A stretch of 64,000 nt of DNA from the NCBI GenBank assembly GCA_963700985.1, contig OY969554.1, forward strand, positions 1,696,001-1,760,000, read 5' to 3'. Shown in pieces: positions 47,419 to 58,321 of this stretch. The notes beneath the pieces are model-generated. The model was not told where the DNA came from. It did not search any database and worked only from the letters and a program-made list of their open reading frames with translations. Each line of letters opens with the position of its first letter. Position 1 is the stretch's first letter. The DNA comes from an uncultured Chlamydiales bacterium (GTDB lineage Bacteria; Chlamydiota; Chlamydiia; Chlamydiales; Rhabdochlamydiaceae). The translations under genes and the position numbers were made by a program.

Positions 47419-50400
47419 GATATTCTCTCCATGATCTGATCGGGATCTTTGATACATCGAGCTCACCTAAACACTGCAAGAAGATCTGGGCGATCTGCAT
47501 GTTAGTCACAAGCGGCAGGTGGTGATCGATGGCAAGACGGCGGATTTTATATCCGTCGGTATGAGTATTGGTTCCGCTGGCGCGGGGAATGTTGATGATC
47601 ATGTCTACTTCTTTATTGGCGATAACTGTCATTACATTCGGTTCAATGCGCTCGCTGGCTTTATAAACACAAACTGATGCGATCCCATGTTTTGAGAGGA
47701 AGTCATGCGTTCCTTCCGTCGCATAGAGTTCCCAGCCAAGCTCTTCGAGAAGTTTAAGGGGTTCAAGCAGTTTAATTTTTTTATCGCCACCGATGCTGAC
47801 CAAGAGACGCTTGTTTGGAACAGACTGATCTGTCGCAAGCCATGAGCTAAAGAAAGCTTCGAGTAGATCGCCGCCCAAGCAGGCCACTTCTCCGGTCGAA
47901 GCCATTTCCACGTGTGCAACAGGATCTGCACCTTTGAGACGCTGATAGGAAAATTGTGGCGCTTTTACGCCTACATAAGAGAGCTCGAGCGTTTTGTAGG
48001 GCTTGGGTTTGTGTTTTCCCATGATCACTTGCGTGGAGATCTCGATGAAATTATGATTGGTAACTTTCGAAACAAAAGGAAAAGAGCGCGAAGCGCGGAC
48101 GTTACATTCAATCACCTGAATCGCGTTATTTTTGGCGATAAACTGCATGTTGAATGGACCGGTGATTGCGAGATGTTTGACAATTTCTTTGGTAATTTTT
48201 TTTGCGCGGCGAATGGTTTCAAGATAGAGGCGCTGTGGAGGGAGCACTACGGTGGCATCACCCGAGTGTACGCCGGCATTTTCGATGTGCTCGGTAATCG
48301 CTTCAATGATAATTTCACCTTTTTGCGCCACGCCATCAACTTCTAATTCTTTCGCATCTGTGATGAATTGTGAGATGACTACAGGATGATCGGGCGAGAT
48401 GCGTAGAGCTTCTTTTAAATAGTGTACAAGTTCCGACTCAGAGGCGACCACATTCATTGCCGAACCCGAGAGTACATAAGAAGGGCGAATGAGCAGAGGG
48501 TAACCGACTTTTTCAGCAAATTTTCTAGCATTCTCAAGACTTGTCACTTTTTCCCAGTGCGGTTGATCAATGCCGAGATTTTGAAGAAGAGAGGAGAACT
48601 TTTGGCGGTTTTCGGCAATGTCGATCGAGGCAGCCGGTGTGCCTAACAAAGGGTAGCCCGCCTCATGCAGGGGGATGACTAGGTTGTTGGCAATCTGCCC
48701 GCCAACAGAGACGATCATCCCTTTCGTGCTCTCAAAATCGGCAATGTCTTGCACTCTTTCTAGCGTGAGCTCTTCAAAATAGAGGCGATCAGATTCATCG
48801 TAATCTGTTGAGACCGTTTCGGGATTAGAATTGATGATGATCGTCTCTTCTTTTAGCTTTCGCAAAGCGCGCGCAGTATTCACAGCACACCAATCAAATT
48901 CCACCGAGGATCCGATTGCATAGGGGCCCGAGCCCAGCACGATCACAGGACGTTTTTTCGAAGATTTAAGATCGTGAAACTGTCCATGATAAGTGAGATA
49001 GAGATAGTTAGTTTGGGCTTTAAACTCACCAGCTAGAGTATCGATCTGCTTGACAAAGGGCGTAATGCCCATTTTCAAACGCTGCGCACGCACTTTGCTT
49101 TCTGGGATTTCTTTGCATTTGCCAATCGAGCGATCGGAAAACCCAGCTTTTTTAGCCACATGCAAGAGCTCTTTAGTCAGCGGCTCTTTTTTAAGCTTTT
49201 TCTCAAGTAAGCTGAGCGCAAAGATCTGATCTAAAAACCAGCGATCGATGTGGGAGAGTTTAGCTGCTTCTTCGACGCTTCCGCCGTCACTAAAGAATTT
49301 ATAAAGCGCAAAGAGACGCCGATCGGTAGCGTGGGCGATCTCTTTTTTTACATCTTCGATCGGATGCGGATAGTCAGAGATCGATGAAGCCCCGATGTTG
49401 AGCATGCGCACAGCTTTTTGGATCGCTTCCTGGAAAGAGCGGCCAATGGCCATGACTTCGCCCACGCTTTTCATTTCGGTGCCGATGGTTCGTTCAGCCG
49501 AGCGTAGCTTTTGCGTGTCCCATCTAGGAACTTTTACCACGACGTAGTCGAGCGCTGGCTCAAAGAAGGCACAGGTCTTTTTCGTGATGGTGTTTTGAAT
49601 ATCGGAAAGGCGCCAGCCCAATGCGAGCTTAGCTGCAACAAAGGCCAGAGGATAGCCCGTGGCTTTGGAAGCCAAGGCTGATGAGCGTGAAAGACGTGCA
49701 TTCATCTCGATCACGCGGTAATCGCCATTTGCAGGATTAAGCGCATATTGAATATTGCACTCACCTACAATTTTAAAGTGTCTAGCACAGCGAATCGCGA
49801 TTTCGCGCAAAAGGTGATATTCTTGATTTGTCAATGTGAGCGAAGGTGCAACGACAATACTCTCTCCAGTATGGATGCCCATCGGATCGATGTTCTCCAT
49901 ATTGCAAATAGTCACAGCATTGTCATAGGCGTCGCGTACAATCTCATACTCCAGCTCTTTCCAGCCGGTGAGATACTCTTCGATTAAGATTTGCGGGGCG
50001 CCCGAGAGCGCTTCTTTGGCGCGGCGGGTCAGCTCATCGGCATCGGCAATTTTCCCTGAACCAAGGCCGCCCAGTGAAAAGCCCGAGCGCATCATCACAG
50101 GATAGCCGATCTCTTTGGCCGCGCGCAGTGCCTCAGCTACCGTGGCTGCCGCGCGGCTCTGAGGAGTTTTTACGCCAATTTTTTCTAAATTTTGCTTAAA
50201 TAGCTCGCGATCTTCAGTCAATTGAATCGATTTGACCGAAGTTCCCATGACCTGCACGCCATACTTCTTAAAAATGCCTGCTTCTTCGAGTTTTAAGCCC
50301 AAGTTGAGAGCGGTCTGTCCACCAAATCCGAGTAGCACTCCATCTGGTCGTTCTTTTTCGAGAATGCGTGTGACTACCGGCACAGATAGCGGTTGTAGAT

Positions 50401-50587
50401 AGACCTCATCTGCCATGGAAGCGTCAGTTTGCACGGTCGCGATATTGGGGTTAACCAGAACGCAGGAGATGCCCTCTTCTTTAAGAGCTTTAATCGCTTG
50501 TGAGCCCGAATAGTCGAACTCGCCGGCTTGCCCGATGCGCAGGCCGCCTGAGCCTAGAAGTAAGATTTTTTTGATCTTTTTTTTCAT
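47408..50587 (-). CDS. carB: Carbamoyl-phosphate synthase large chain
   Basis: GQAGEFDYSG, two ATP-grasp halves, NPETVSTDYD, C-terminal MGS domain. Confidence 0.97.
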   Translation of the reverse strand: MKKKIKKILLLGSGGLRIGQAGEFDYSGSQAIKALKEEGISCVLVNPNIATVQTDASMADEVYLQPLSVPVVTRILEKERPDGVLLGFGGQTALNLGLKLEEAGIFKKYGVQVMGTSVKSIQLTEDRELFKQNLEKIGVKTPQSRAAATVAEALRAAKEIGYPVMMRSGFSLGGLGSGKIADADELTRRAKEALSGAPQILIEEYLTGWKELEYEIVRDAYDNAVTICNMENIDPMGIHTGESIVVAPSLTLTNQEYHLLREIAIRCARHFKIVGECNIQYALNPANGDYRVIEMNARLSRSSALASKATGYPLAFVAAKLALGWRLSDIQNTITKKTCAFFEPALDYVVVKVPRWDTQKLRSAERTIGTEMKSVGEVMAIGRSFQEAIQKAVRMLNIGASSISDYPHPIEDVKKEIAHATDRRLFALYKFFSDGGSVEEAAKLSHIDRWFLDQIFALSLLEKKLKKEPLTKELLHVAKKAGFSDRSIGKCKEIPESKVRAQRLKMGITPFVKQIDTLAGEFKAQTNYLYLTYHGQFHDLKSSKKRPVIVLGSGPYAIGSSVEFDWCAVNTARALRKLKEETIIINSNPETVSTDYDESDRLYFEELTLERVQDIADFESTKGMIVSVGGQIANNLVIPLHEAGYPLLGTPAASIDIAENRQKFSSLLQNLGIDQPHWEKVTSLENARKFAEKVGYPLLIRPSYVLSGSAMNVVASESELVHYLKEALRISPDHPVVISQFITDAKELEVDGVAQKGEIIIEAITEHIENAGVHSGDATVVLPPQRLYLETIRRAKKITKEIVKHLAITGPFNMQFIAKNNAIQVIECNVRASRSFPFVSKVTNHNFIEISTQVIMGKHKPKPYKTLELSYVGVKAPQFSYQRLKGADPVAHVEMASTGEVACLGGDLLEAFFSSWLATDQSVPNKRLLVSIGGDKKIKLLEPLKLLEELGWELYATEGTHDFLSKHGIASVCVYKASERIEPNVMTVIANKEVDMIINIPRASGTNTHTDGYKIRRLAIDHHLPLVTNMQIAQIFLQCLGELDVSKIPIRSWREYLAT

Positions 50588-51630
50588 TTAATCGAATTAT
50601 AAAACTTTTCAAACAACCAAACGGTATCAACTGGACCTGGTGCCGCCTCTGGATGGAACTGCACAGAGAAAAAAGGCTGGCTCGCATGCTCAATGCCTTC
50701 AATCGTCTGATCGTTCAGATTACGGAAGGAGACTTTCCAGTTTTTGGGGAGGCTCTTCTCATCGATTGCGTAGCCATGATTCTGAGAGGTCAGATAACAG
50801 CGGTTGTCTGGCAGATGAATGCAAGGCTGATTTTGTCCGCGATGTCCATACGGAAGCTTGTATGTACGCGCTCCGATGGCAAGAGCCATCAACTGTGCAC
50901 CTAAGCAGATTCCAAAAATAGGTTTCTTGCGCAGCATCGCTTTTTTTAAGATGGCGATCGTCTCTTTGCAGACCATTGGGTCCCCAGGACCATTGGAAAT
51001 AAAAACGCCATCCCACTCTTCATTTGTGTAGTCATAATCGAAAGGCACGCGTTTGATCGTCCATGGGAACTGACCTAGACAGCGAATGATATTTTCTTTC
51101 ATGCCGCAGTCGACAGCGATGATCTTTTTCTTGCCCTGGCCATAGTTTTGCGGGGCTTTCACGCTCACGCGGCGGACAAGGTGCGTCGTATTCGGATCTT
51201 CAAATTTGCGCGGCAATTTTTTATCGGGAGTAATGGCCCCCAAAGTCACGCCATATTCACGCAGAAGCTTGGTTAAGGCTCGCGTGTCAACACCGGTTAG
51301 AATAGGAACTTTCTGGTCGCGCAGCCAATCGAGAAAAGAGGTTTTGGCCGCATACTGGTGGAAAGTAGCAGAAGGCTCACTGATGATTACCCCATGGGCA
51401 TGAATCTTGCTCGATTCCCATTTTGAGGAATCCGGAACGCCATAATTGCCAATTAAAGGAAAAGTAAAGGTGAGAATTTGGCCGGCATAGGAAGGATCGG
51501 TGAGCGACTCTACATAGCCCATCATGCCAGTGGTGAAGACAACCTCTCCAAAAAAAGGCTTGTCTTGCCAGGCAGGGGCTAGCCCTTCGAACACCTCTCC
51601 ATCTTGAAGTACAAGACGCGCTGCTATCAT
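50584..51630 (-). CDS. carA: Carbamoyl-phosphate synthase small chain
   Basis: GEVVFTTG, TDPSY, SNGPGDP, GICLG, QFHPE. Confidence 0.97.
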   Translation of the reverse strand: MIAARLVLQDGEVFEGLAPAWQDKPFFGEVVFTTGMMGYVESLTDPSYAGQILTFTFPLIGNYGVPDSSKWESSKIHAHGVIISEPSATFHQYAAKTSFLDWLRDQKVPILTGVDTRALTKLLREYGVTLGAITPDKKLPRKFEDPNTTHLVRRVSVKAPQNYGQGKKKIIAVDCGMKENIIRCLGQFPWTIKRVPFDYDYTNEEWDGVFISNGPGDPMVCKETIAILKKAMLRKKPIFGICLGAQLMALAIGARTYKLPYGHRGQNQPCIHLPDNRCYLTSQNHGYAIDEKSLPKNWKVSFRNLNDQTIEGIEHASQPFFSVQFHPEAAPGPVDTVWLFEKFYNSIK

Positions 51631-51727
51631 TTTTTTCTGCTTAATTCTTCGAGATCGTAGCAGAATTGTCGTAATAGGGAAAATGCTTTTTTAAGTCTTT
51701 AAGACAGCTTCTTAGACTTGGACTATC

Positions 51728-52288
51728 CTATAAGACCTGCTCGTAGATATAGAAAGTGGGTTTCATATTGCCTGGATTGTCTTTGCGATATTGCTGAGAA
51801 AATTGCGTAACAATACGTGCAACAACAGCAGATATAGAGGAGTCTTTGCTTGGTGTTGATAGATTTTTTTTATTAAACGAGACTTTACCATTTTCAAGCT
51901 CTGGAGAAATTAAACTCTCTCTTTGGTCTTTTACTTCCCAAATTTGAGAAATGATTTTGCACTGATTCGGCTGAACAGCGACCTCTCCAAATACGCGGAT
52001 GGAGCCTTCTGCTATTTCTTGAGTTCCATTGATCGATATCAATAATGCAGGAGAAGTATCAATAGAAGGAATGGGGGTATCGTTTGTATTCACAATTTGT
52101 ACGTTGCCAAAGTCCTTTAGAGATTCGACAACATGATTGAGAAAGACCTCTCGGTTGGATTCAGCGTAGAGGGCAACTTGAAACACTTTCAATTGATTAA
52201 GGGGCCCTATTTGCTTATTTTGATTTGAGCCGCATCCCCATAAACAGACCAAACATAAAAAAATGATGACTCGATTCATTAGTATCAT
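51728..52288 (-). CDS. Hypothetical lipoprotein
   Basis: Lipobox LWGC after a hydrophobic stretch; AT-rich. Confidence 0.7.
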   Translation of the reverse strand: MILMNRVIIFLCLVCLWGCGSNQNKQIGPLNQLKVFQVALYAESNREVFLNHVVESLKDFGNVQIVNTNDTPIPSIDTSPALLISINGTQEIAEGSIRVFGEVAVQPNQCKIISQIWEVKDQRESLISPELENGKVSFNKKNLSTPSKDSSISAVVARIVTQFSQQYRKDNPGNMKPTFYIYEQVL

Positions 52289-52434
52289 GAGTAACCGCAG
52301 CAGCTAATATTTTATTCAGTATTTTTAACACAATTAGATTTGCTTGAGAAGCCTTGATGAAAAGAAATTTAGAAGTTCCTTAAGAAAAAAACAGGACCCT
52401 GCTTATCCTATTATTTTTTTTGGCTTTTCTAGCG

Positions 52435-53841
52435 TTAAGGTTTGACCTTATGGCCTGACATGTTGCTTAGGCCGTCATAGGCTGCATACTTATAAAGGTC
52501 ATGCAGGGTGGGGAAATTGAAGACGTGACCGATCACATCATAGAGAGTACTTTTGGTTTCTACCAGGCTCATTCCATAGTGGACCATTTCTGTGGCAATG
52601 TAGCCGATGATGTGGACTCCACGAATTACTAGGTCATCGCGGGTAAAGACAAGTTTGAGAAATCCGCTTTTGGCTCCCATGATCTTGCCTCTAGCCATGT
52701 CGGCATAACGGGCTTTGCCTGTGCCGAATGAAATTTTTTGCGCTTCGGCCTCCTCTTGTGTCATCCCGACCATAGATACTTCGGGAATCGTGTAGATTCC
52801 ATAGGGAAAGAATGAAGGTAGATGTTGTAAATCTTCGGTTTGGAAGATGTGCGCTACGGCTACGCGGCCTTGATCCATGCTGGTACTAGCCAGGGCGGGG
52901 AAGCCGATCACGTCGCCGACTGCATAGATGTGGGGAATATTGGTGCGATACGCCTCATCGACAAGAATAGTTTCGCGTTTTCCTTGTTTTAGTCCAATTT
53001 TCTCACAGTTTAGTGCTTTTGTGTTCCCGCTTCTACCGGCGGCGAAAAGAAACATGTCCACATGTAAAAGTTCGCCCGACTTGAGTTTGATTTCTATCAG
53101 TTCTTCATCAGAAGTGGGCACTTTGATGGATTCGATGGAAGTATTAAATAAGATTTCTACCTCGTTTTCTTGCATCTGTTTTACCAGATCGTTGGCCACC
53201 TCTTGGTCGATAAAAGGCAGAATCTGCTCTTTATCGTTAACCAGGTATACATGCGCACCTATCGTAGAGAAGATAGTCGCATATTCACAGCCGATCACGC
53301 CTGCACCAAGAACGCATAGAGAACGAGGAAAGCGTTTGAGTTGTAAAATCGTGTCAGAATCATGCACGCGCAGGCCATCGAATGGAATCGTTTCGGGATG
53401 GAAGGGGTAGGAGCCCGTGGCAATAATGATATTTTCTCCCCAGAGACGCTCGATGTTTTGCGCTGCTACCAATACAGTATGGGCATCTTCAAAAGAAGCC
53501 AGCCCGTGATAGATGTGTACGCCATGCCTCAGTAGATTTTCGTAAATTTCTTGGTTGGCCGATTCGGTAACTTGATTTTTACGAAACATAAAGTCTTCAA
53601 TTGAAGCCTCATGCGTTAAATCGCGCTCGACGCCATAAAGACCTTTTTCATATTTTCCTGAGAAATATAAAGCGGTCTCTTTCAACGTTTTGGAGGGCAA
53701 TGTTCCAGTGACAACTTCCGCTCCGCCAAAGAGTGTTTCTTTTTCGACAATGGCCACTTTATATCCAAAGTAAGCCGCTTTGACCGCTGCTTTTTCACCA
53801 GCAGGGCCTGTACCAATCACGATTAGATCATATTTTTTCAT
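52435..53841 (-). CDS. sthA: Soluble (Si-specific) pyridine nucleotide transhydrogenase
   Basis: GTGPAG, GTLPSKTL without redox disulfide, GAGVIGCEYA, GFPALASTSMDQGR, FNFPTL. Confidence 0.88.
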   Translation of the reverse strand: MKKYDLIVIGTGPAGEKAAVKAAYFGYKVAIVEKETLFGGAEVVTGTLPSKTLKETALYFSGKYEKGLYGVERDLTHEASIEDFMFRKNQVTESANQEIYENLLRHGVHIYHGLASFEDAHTVLVAAQNIERLWGENIIIATGSYPFHPETIPFDGLRVHDSDTILQLKRFPRSLCVLGAGVIGCEYATIFSTIGAHVYLVNDKEQILPFIDQEVANDLVKQMQENEVEILFNTSIESIKVPTSDEELIEIKLKSGELLHVDMFLFAAGRSGNTKALNCEKIGLKQGKRETILVDEAYRTNIPHIYAVGDVIGFPALASTSMDQGRVAVAHIFQTEDLQHLPSFFPYGIYTIPEVSMVGMTQEEAEAQKISFGTGKARYADMARGKIMGAKSGFLKLVFTRDDLVIRGVHIIGYIATEMVHYGMSLVETKSTLYDVIGHVFNFPTLHDLYKYAAYDGLSNMSGHKVKP

Positions 53842-53929
53842 TACCCCCAGTCATAGTGAAAGTGTGGATTTTAGTAGTAGAAAAATCTTTAATTCTCACA
53901 ATGGAGAAAAATAGCCCAACGGAGAAACT

Positions 53930-56515
53930 GTGGATCTTCAGCTCGATTATCAAGCCGACATGCTTGTCAGTAAGATTAAACACTACCTTATCACCACCAT
54001 GGGAGTGACGATCGACGAGGCGAGCAATGAAGAGTTCTATCGAGCATTTGCGCTCACTTTTCGTGAAGAGATCATGATGAACTGGACGGCCACCACGCAT
54101 ACTTTTCGAAAAAAGCAAACGCGTATGCTGTTTTATCTCTGCATGGAGTATATGCCCGGTCGGATGATGGGCAATAACATTACCAATATTCACGCTACCG
54201 ATCTCGTGAAGCTGGTGATGAAAAAGGTGAACCGCAAATTGAACGATGAGTTGCGACTTGAGCCCGATCCGGGATTAGGAAACGGAGGATTGGGTAGACT
54301 TGCTTCATGCCTGCTTGACTCGCTGGCAAGTTTGCAATATCCCGCCATGGCCTATGGCCTACGCTACCAATATGGAATTTTCGATCAAGAAATTTGGGAT
54401 GGCGTTCAGGTAGAGCGTCCCGACACTTGGCTACTTCATGAAAATCCCTGGGAATTTAGACGAGATGATCATTCCGTCTCCGTGAATTATGGAGGACAAA
54501 TGCTCTCTTCTCTCAATAAAAAGGGTGTGGAGGTGTTCAACCTGAGCGATTATGACGAGGTTCGTGCGCTCTCTTACGACATGCCTATTATCGGGAACAA
54601 AGAGACGTCCGATTTCATGGTGCTCACTTTAAGGCTATGGACCACTAAAGAGTCGCCGCGCAACTTTCTTTTGCAGCGCTTCAACGCTGGTCAGCTCGAT
54701 CAGGCTTCTGAAAATTCTATGTTAACCGACGTACTCTACCCCAATGATAATAATGAAGTCGGTAAACGTATCCGGCTGAAACAGGAGTTTCTGCTCGCTT
54801 CAGCCTCCATTCACGATATCATCCGGCATCACCTCAAGTACTTTCCAGATTTATCAGAATTTGGAGACAAAGTGCGCATTCAGATTAACGATACGCATCC
54901 TGCCCTGGTAATTGCTGAACTCATGCGCCTTCTCACCAAAGAGCATGACTTTGGCTGGGGCGAGGCTTGGGAAGTTGTTAAAGCGTGCTGTAGCTATACG
55001 AACCATACTGTTCTACGCGAATCTTTGGAGGAGTGGAACCAGGGACGGCTCAACTACCTCTTGCCGCGCCAATATCAGATCATCGAAAGGCTCAATTTAG
55101 AATGCTGTAATGATGTTCGAAAAAAATATCCAGGCGACGAAGAGCGCGTGCGGCGCATGTCGGTGATTGAAGCAGGACAGGTGCGCATGGCGAATCTGGC
55201 CATCTTTGGATCGCATCGCGTGAACGGAGTTGCAGCCTTGCATACTGAGATCTTGAAACATGTCATCTTTAAAGATTTTTTCGAGATGTATCCAGATAGA
55301 TTTGTGAACGTAACCAACGGTGTAACTCATAGACGTTGGCTCGTACATGCCAATCCAGATCTGGCTGAATTTATCTCCAAGCGCATTGGGAAAGGGTGGA
55401 TTATAGACTTCTTGCAGATTCGTGAACTGGCAAAGTTTGCCAGTGATCCAGCGAGCCAAAAAGAGTTCTTAGAGATCAAGCGGCTGAATAAAAAAGCTCT
55501 AAATCAGTTCCTTTTAGAAGGAAATCCTATTCGCGATTTTCGTGGAAAACCAACGGGTTTCTTTTCGGTGCTCGGTGAAGATGCGCTTTTCGATGTGCAG
55601 ATCAAACGCTTTCATGAATATAAACGGCAGCTCATGAATATGCTGCATGTGCTCATGGTTTATCACGAGTTAAAAGCTAATCCCTCAGCACGAAAAGTCA
55701 AGAGAATGGTTATATTTGGAGGAAAAGCTGCGCCTGGATATGTCATCGCAAAAAATATCATTCACTTGATCTATTGCGCCGCGCGCAAAATCAATGCCGA
55801 TACCACGACTAATTCGATGCTCAAGATGGCGTTTGTAGAGGACTATAATGTTTCGCATGCCGAAATTATTATTCCTGCAGCAGATCTTTCCGAACAGATC
55901 TCAACGGCGGGGATGGAAGCGTCAGGCACAGGCAACATGAAACTCGCTATGAATGGGGCTTTAACTATTGGTACCGAAGATGGCGCGAACATTGAGATGC
56001 ACACAGAAGTCACAGATAAGTGGTGGCCGTTTTCATTCGGAAACAGCGCTCAGCAAAATGCGGAGATGCGCGATAAGAAAAGTTACAATGCATGGGATGT
56101 CTACATGCACAATGCAGCTATTCGCCAAGCATTAGATGCCCTTCGCGATCGCTCGCTTGTTGAAAATGAATCTGAGCATGAGGCACTTTCATCGATCTAT
56201 CACTCTCTCTTAGACCATCAAAATTCCGATCCAGCCGATCGCTATTTTGTGCTTGCGGATCTTCAACCTTATTATGACACGCAGAAAAAGGTGGAAGAGC
56301 TCTATGCGCAACCGGAAAAATGGGCGGAATATGCCATCCATAATATCGCATCCATGGGCAAATTCTCCAGCGATGAGACCGTCGGTAATTATTCAAAATT
56401 GGTTTGGAACCTAGAGAAATGTCCGATTGATGCTCAAGAGCTCGCGAAGGTGCGTGCGGATTATAGCGAGCATGATAAGTGTCGTATCTTCAATCCTATG
56501 CCGATTGCAAAATAA
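53930..56515 (+). CDS. glgP: Glycogen phosphorylase
   Basis: GLGNGGLGRL, NDTHP, KRFHEYKRQ, EASGTGNMK. Confidence 0.97.
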   Translation: MDLQLDYQADMLVSKIKHYLITTMGVTIDEASNEEFYRAFALTFREEIMMNWTATTHTFRKKQTRMLFYLCMEYMPGRMMGNNITNIHATDLVKLVMKKVNRKLNDELRLEPDPGLGNGGLGRLASCLLDSLASLQYPAMAYGLRYQYGIFDQEIWDGVQVERPDTWLLHENPWEFRRDDHSVSVNYGGQMLSSLNKKGVEVFNLSDYDEVRALSYDMPIIGNKETSDFMVLTLRLWTTKESPRNFLLQRFNAGQLDQASENSMLTDVLYPNDNNEVGKRIRLKQEFLLASASIHDIIRHHLKYFPDLSEFGDKVRIQINDTHPALVIAELMRLLTKEHDFGWGEAWEVVKACCSYTNHTVLRESLEEWNQGRLNYLLPRQYQIIERLNLECCNDVRKKYPGDEERVRRMSVIEAGQVRMANLAIFGSHRVNGVAALHTEILKHVIFKDFFEMYPDRFVNVTNGVTHRRWLVHANPDLAEFISKRIGKGWIIDFLQIRELAKFASDPASQKEFLEIKRLNKKALNQFLLEGNPIRDFRGKPTGFFSVLGEDALFDVQIKRFHEYKRQLMNMLHVLMVYHELKANPSARKVKRMVIFGGKAAPGYVIAKNIIHLIYCAARKINADTTTNSMLKMAFVEDYNVSHAEIIIPAADLSEQISTAGMEASGTGNMKLAMNGALTIGTEDGANIEMHTEVTDKWWPFSFGNSAQQNAEMRDKKSYNAWDVYMHNAAIRQALDALRDRSLVENESEHEALSSIYHSLLDHQNSDPADRYFVLADLQPYYDTQKKVEELYAQPEKWAEYAIHNIASMGKFSSDETVGNYSKLVWNLEKCPIDAQELAKVRADYSEHDKCRIFNPMPIAK

Positions 56516-56533
56516 GCCGTTGCTAAGCAGCGG

Positions 56534-57298
56534 TTATTTGTCTTGAATAACCGGGAGGGCCCACTTGCGTGAGAGCTCAGCGTATTTTCCGTTTTTCTTA
56601 AGTTTGTCAATCGCCGTATTAAACGCTTCGATTAACTGCGGGGCATGATCATGCAAAGTGATCATACGCAAGCCTTGATCGGTAAGAGGTGCTCCAACAA
56701 CCTTGAGCTGGCGCTGGTAGAGATCTTGACAGTATGCATAAGCTGGCAAGTTATCGACAACGGCACCATCGACATGGCCGGCGATCATCGCATTAAAGGC
56801 GTCGGGGATAGACTCATAATTACGGATGATAATTCCAGGGACTTTTTCAACTAGCAGTGCATCAGATGAGCCTGTAATGACCGCGACTTCTTTTCCAGAG
56901 AGCTTTTCGAGATTAGTAGCTGGCGAATCAACGCGAACTACCAGCACGGGTCCGGTTAATAGAAAAGGATGTGAAAAATCATACTGCTTTTCGTAGAAAA
57001 CATAGGGTTGCATAGAAGAGAGGATCGCATCATATTTCTCTTTTTGTAGATTCGGGATTAGATTATCCCAGTTATCTTGCACCCGTATAACTTTTATCTT
57101 TTGCATGGCGCCCATCTCTTGCAAAAGCTCGGTGGTAAACCCTAAGACCTGCTTGTCTCTTCCCATCAAATTCATTGGGTACCAGCTAGGATCGAGCGCA
57201 ATACTCCATTCTTTTCCTGGCATGCCGCTTCCGCTACATGCGTAGAAGAGCATGAGTGAAAAAAGAAAGAGCAAGAAGGAAAAGCGTGTTCGTCGCAT
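56534..57298 (-). CDS. Polar amino acid ABC transporter substrate-binding lipoprotein (orphan)
   Basis: Lipobox FYAC; WDNLIPNLQKEKYDAILS, FSHP, C-terminal GKYAEL..KW. Confidence 0.85.
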   Translation of the reverse strand: MRRTRFSFLLFLFSLMLFYACSGSGMPGKEWSIALDPSWYPMNLMGRDKQVLGFTTELLQEMGAMQKIKVIRVQDNWDNLIPNLQKEKYDAILSSMQPYVFYEKQYDFSHPFLLTGPVLVVRVDSPATNLEKLSGKEVAVITGSSDALLVEKVPGIIIRNYESIPDAFNAMIAGHVDGAVVDNLPAYAYCQDLYQRQLKVVGAPLTDQGLRMITLHDHAPQLIEAFNTAIDKLKKNGKYAELSRKWALPVIQDK

Positions 57299-57334
57299 AA
57301 TTATAATCTAACAGAATGGGAGTGAAATAGTCAC

Positions 57335-58306
57335 GTGCAACGAAATCTCTTAATTGTAAACTTCGGTGGACCGCGCTCATTAGATGAAGTTGAGCAGTTT
57401 TTAATTGCTCTTCTCACTGATGAAGATGTCATTCGAACCAAGCTACCATCTTTTTTGCAACGTCAGCTGTTTAAACGCGTGGCTAAAAAACGCTCCGTGA
57501 AGATCAGAGAAGACTATCATCACATTGGCGGAAAATCTCCCATCTATGAAGATACGGAAGCGGTAGCCAAAGAAGCTAGTCGATTAACTGCAAGTTCGCT
57601 GGTTACATTTCATCGTTACCTTCCTGAAACGCACAAAAATTTTCTAAAAGAGATCGAAAAGTTTTCGCAAGATGAAATTACCGTTTTTCCTCTTTTCCCT
57701 CAATTTAGCTATGCTACCACGGGAAGTATCGCGCGTTTTTTTGAGCGCAACATGCACGCACACGTCGCTCGGCGATTGCGTTGGATAAAATCTTATGCGG
57801 CTCACCCAGCTTTTGTAAACGCGATGCAGAATTGCATTCGAGATTTTTTAAGAGAGAAAGAAATTCCTGAAGAGGATGCGATTCTGTTCTTTTCCGCACA
57901 CGGGCTGCCACAAGATTATGTCGATGCCGGAGATATTTATGAGAGCGAGTGTCGTCTCTCATTTCATGCTATCGCACAAGGCTTCCCAAAGGCGCTTTGC
58001 AAATTGGCCTACCAATCAAAGTTTGGCCGCGGCGAATGGCTGCGCCCTTATACAGATGAGACCTGTCAATCCATCCTTACGTGGCATGAAGGTCGAAAAC
58101 ATGTCGTGCTCGTGCCCATATCTTTCACATCAGATCACATTGAGACGCTTTTTGAGATGGAAGAGCTCTATCTGCCTATCATCCGTGAAAATGGACTCTT
58201 AGCTTACCGCTGCCCTGCGCTTAATCGTCGCACGGACTGGCTCGACGCCGTCGCGCAGATCTTGCAGGAGACGAACTTCTGCACCAATCAGATGCTCATC
58301 CGCTAA
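57335..58306 (+). CDS. hemH: Ferrochelatase
   Basis: NFGGP, GGKSP, PQFS, FSAHGLP, QSKFG..WL.P, FTSDHIETL.E. Confidence 0.95.
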   Translation: MQRNLLIVNFGGPRSLDEVEQFLIALLTDEDVIRTKLPSFLQRQLFKRVAKKRSVKIREDYHHIGGKSPIYEDTEAVAKEASRLTASSLVTFHRYLPETHKNFLKEIEKFSQDEITVFPLFPQFSYATTGSIARFFERNMHAHVARRLRWIKSYAAHPAFVNAMQNCIRDFLREKEIPEEDAILFFSAHGLPQDYVDAGDIYESECRLSFHAIAQGFPKALCKLAYQSKFGRGEWLRPYTDETCQSILTWHEGRKHVVLVPISFTSDHIETLFEMEELYLPIIRENGLLAYRCPALNRRTDWLDAVAQILQETNFCTNQMLIR

Positions 58307-58321
58307 AATTCTTCTCTCAGT

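Noticed and set aside
51631-51727. PyrR-type attenuator upstream of carA
   Set aside because: Only an imperfect AAGTCT..AGACTT inverted repeat is present, with no PyrR binding-loop consensus or U-tailed terminator on the coding strand.
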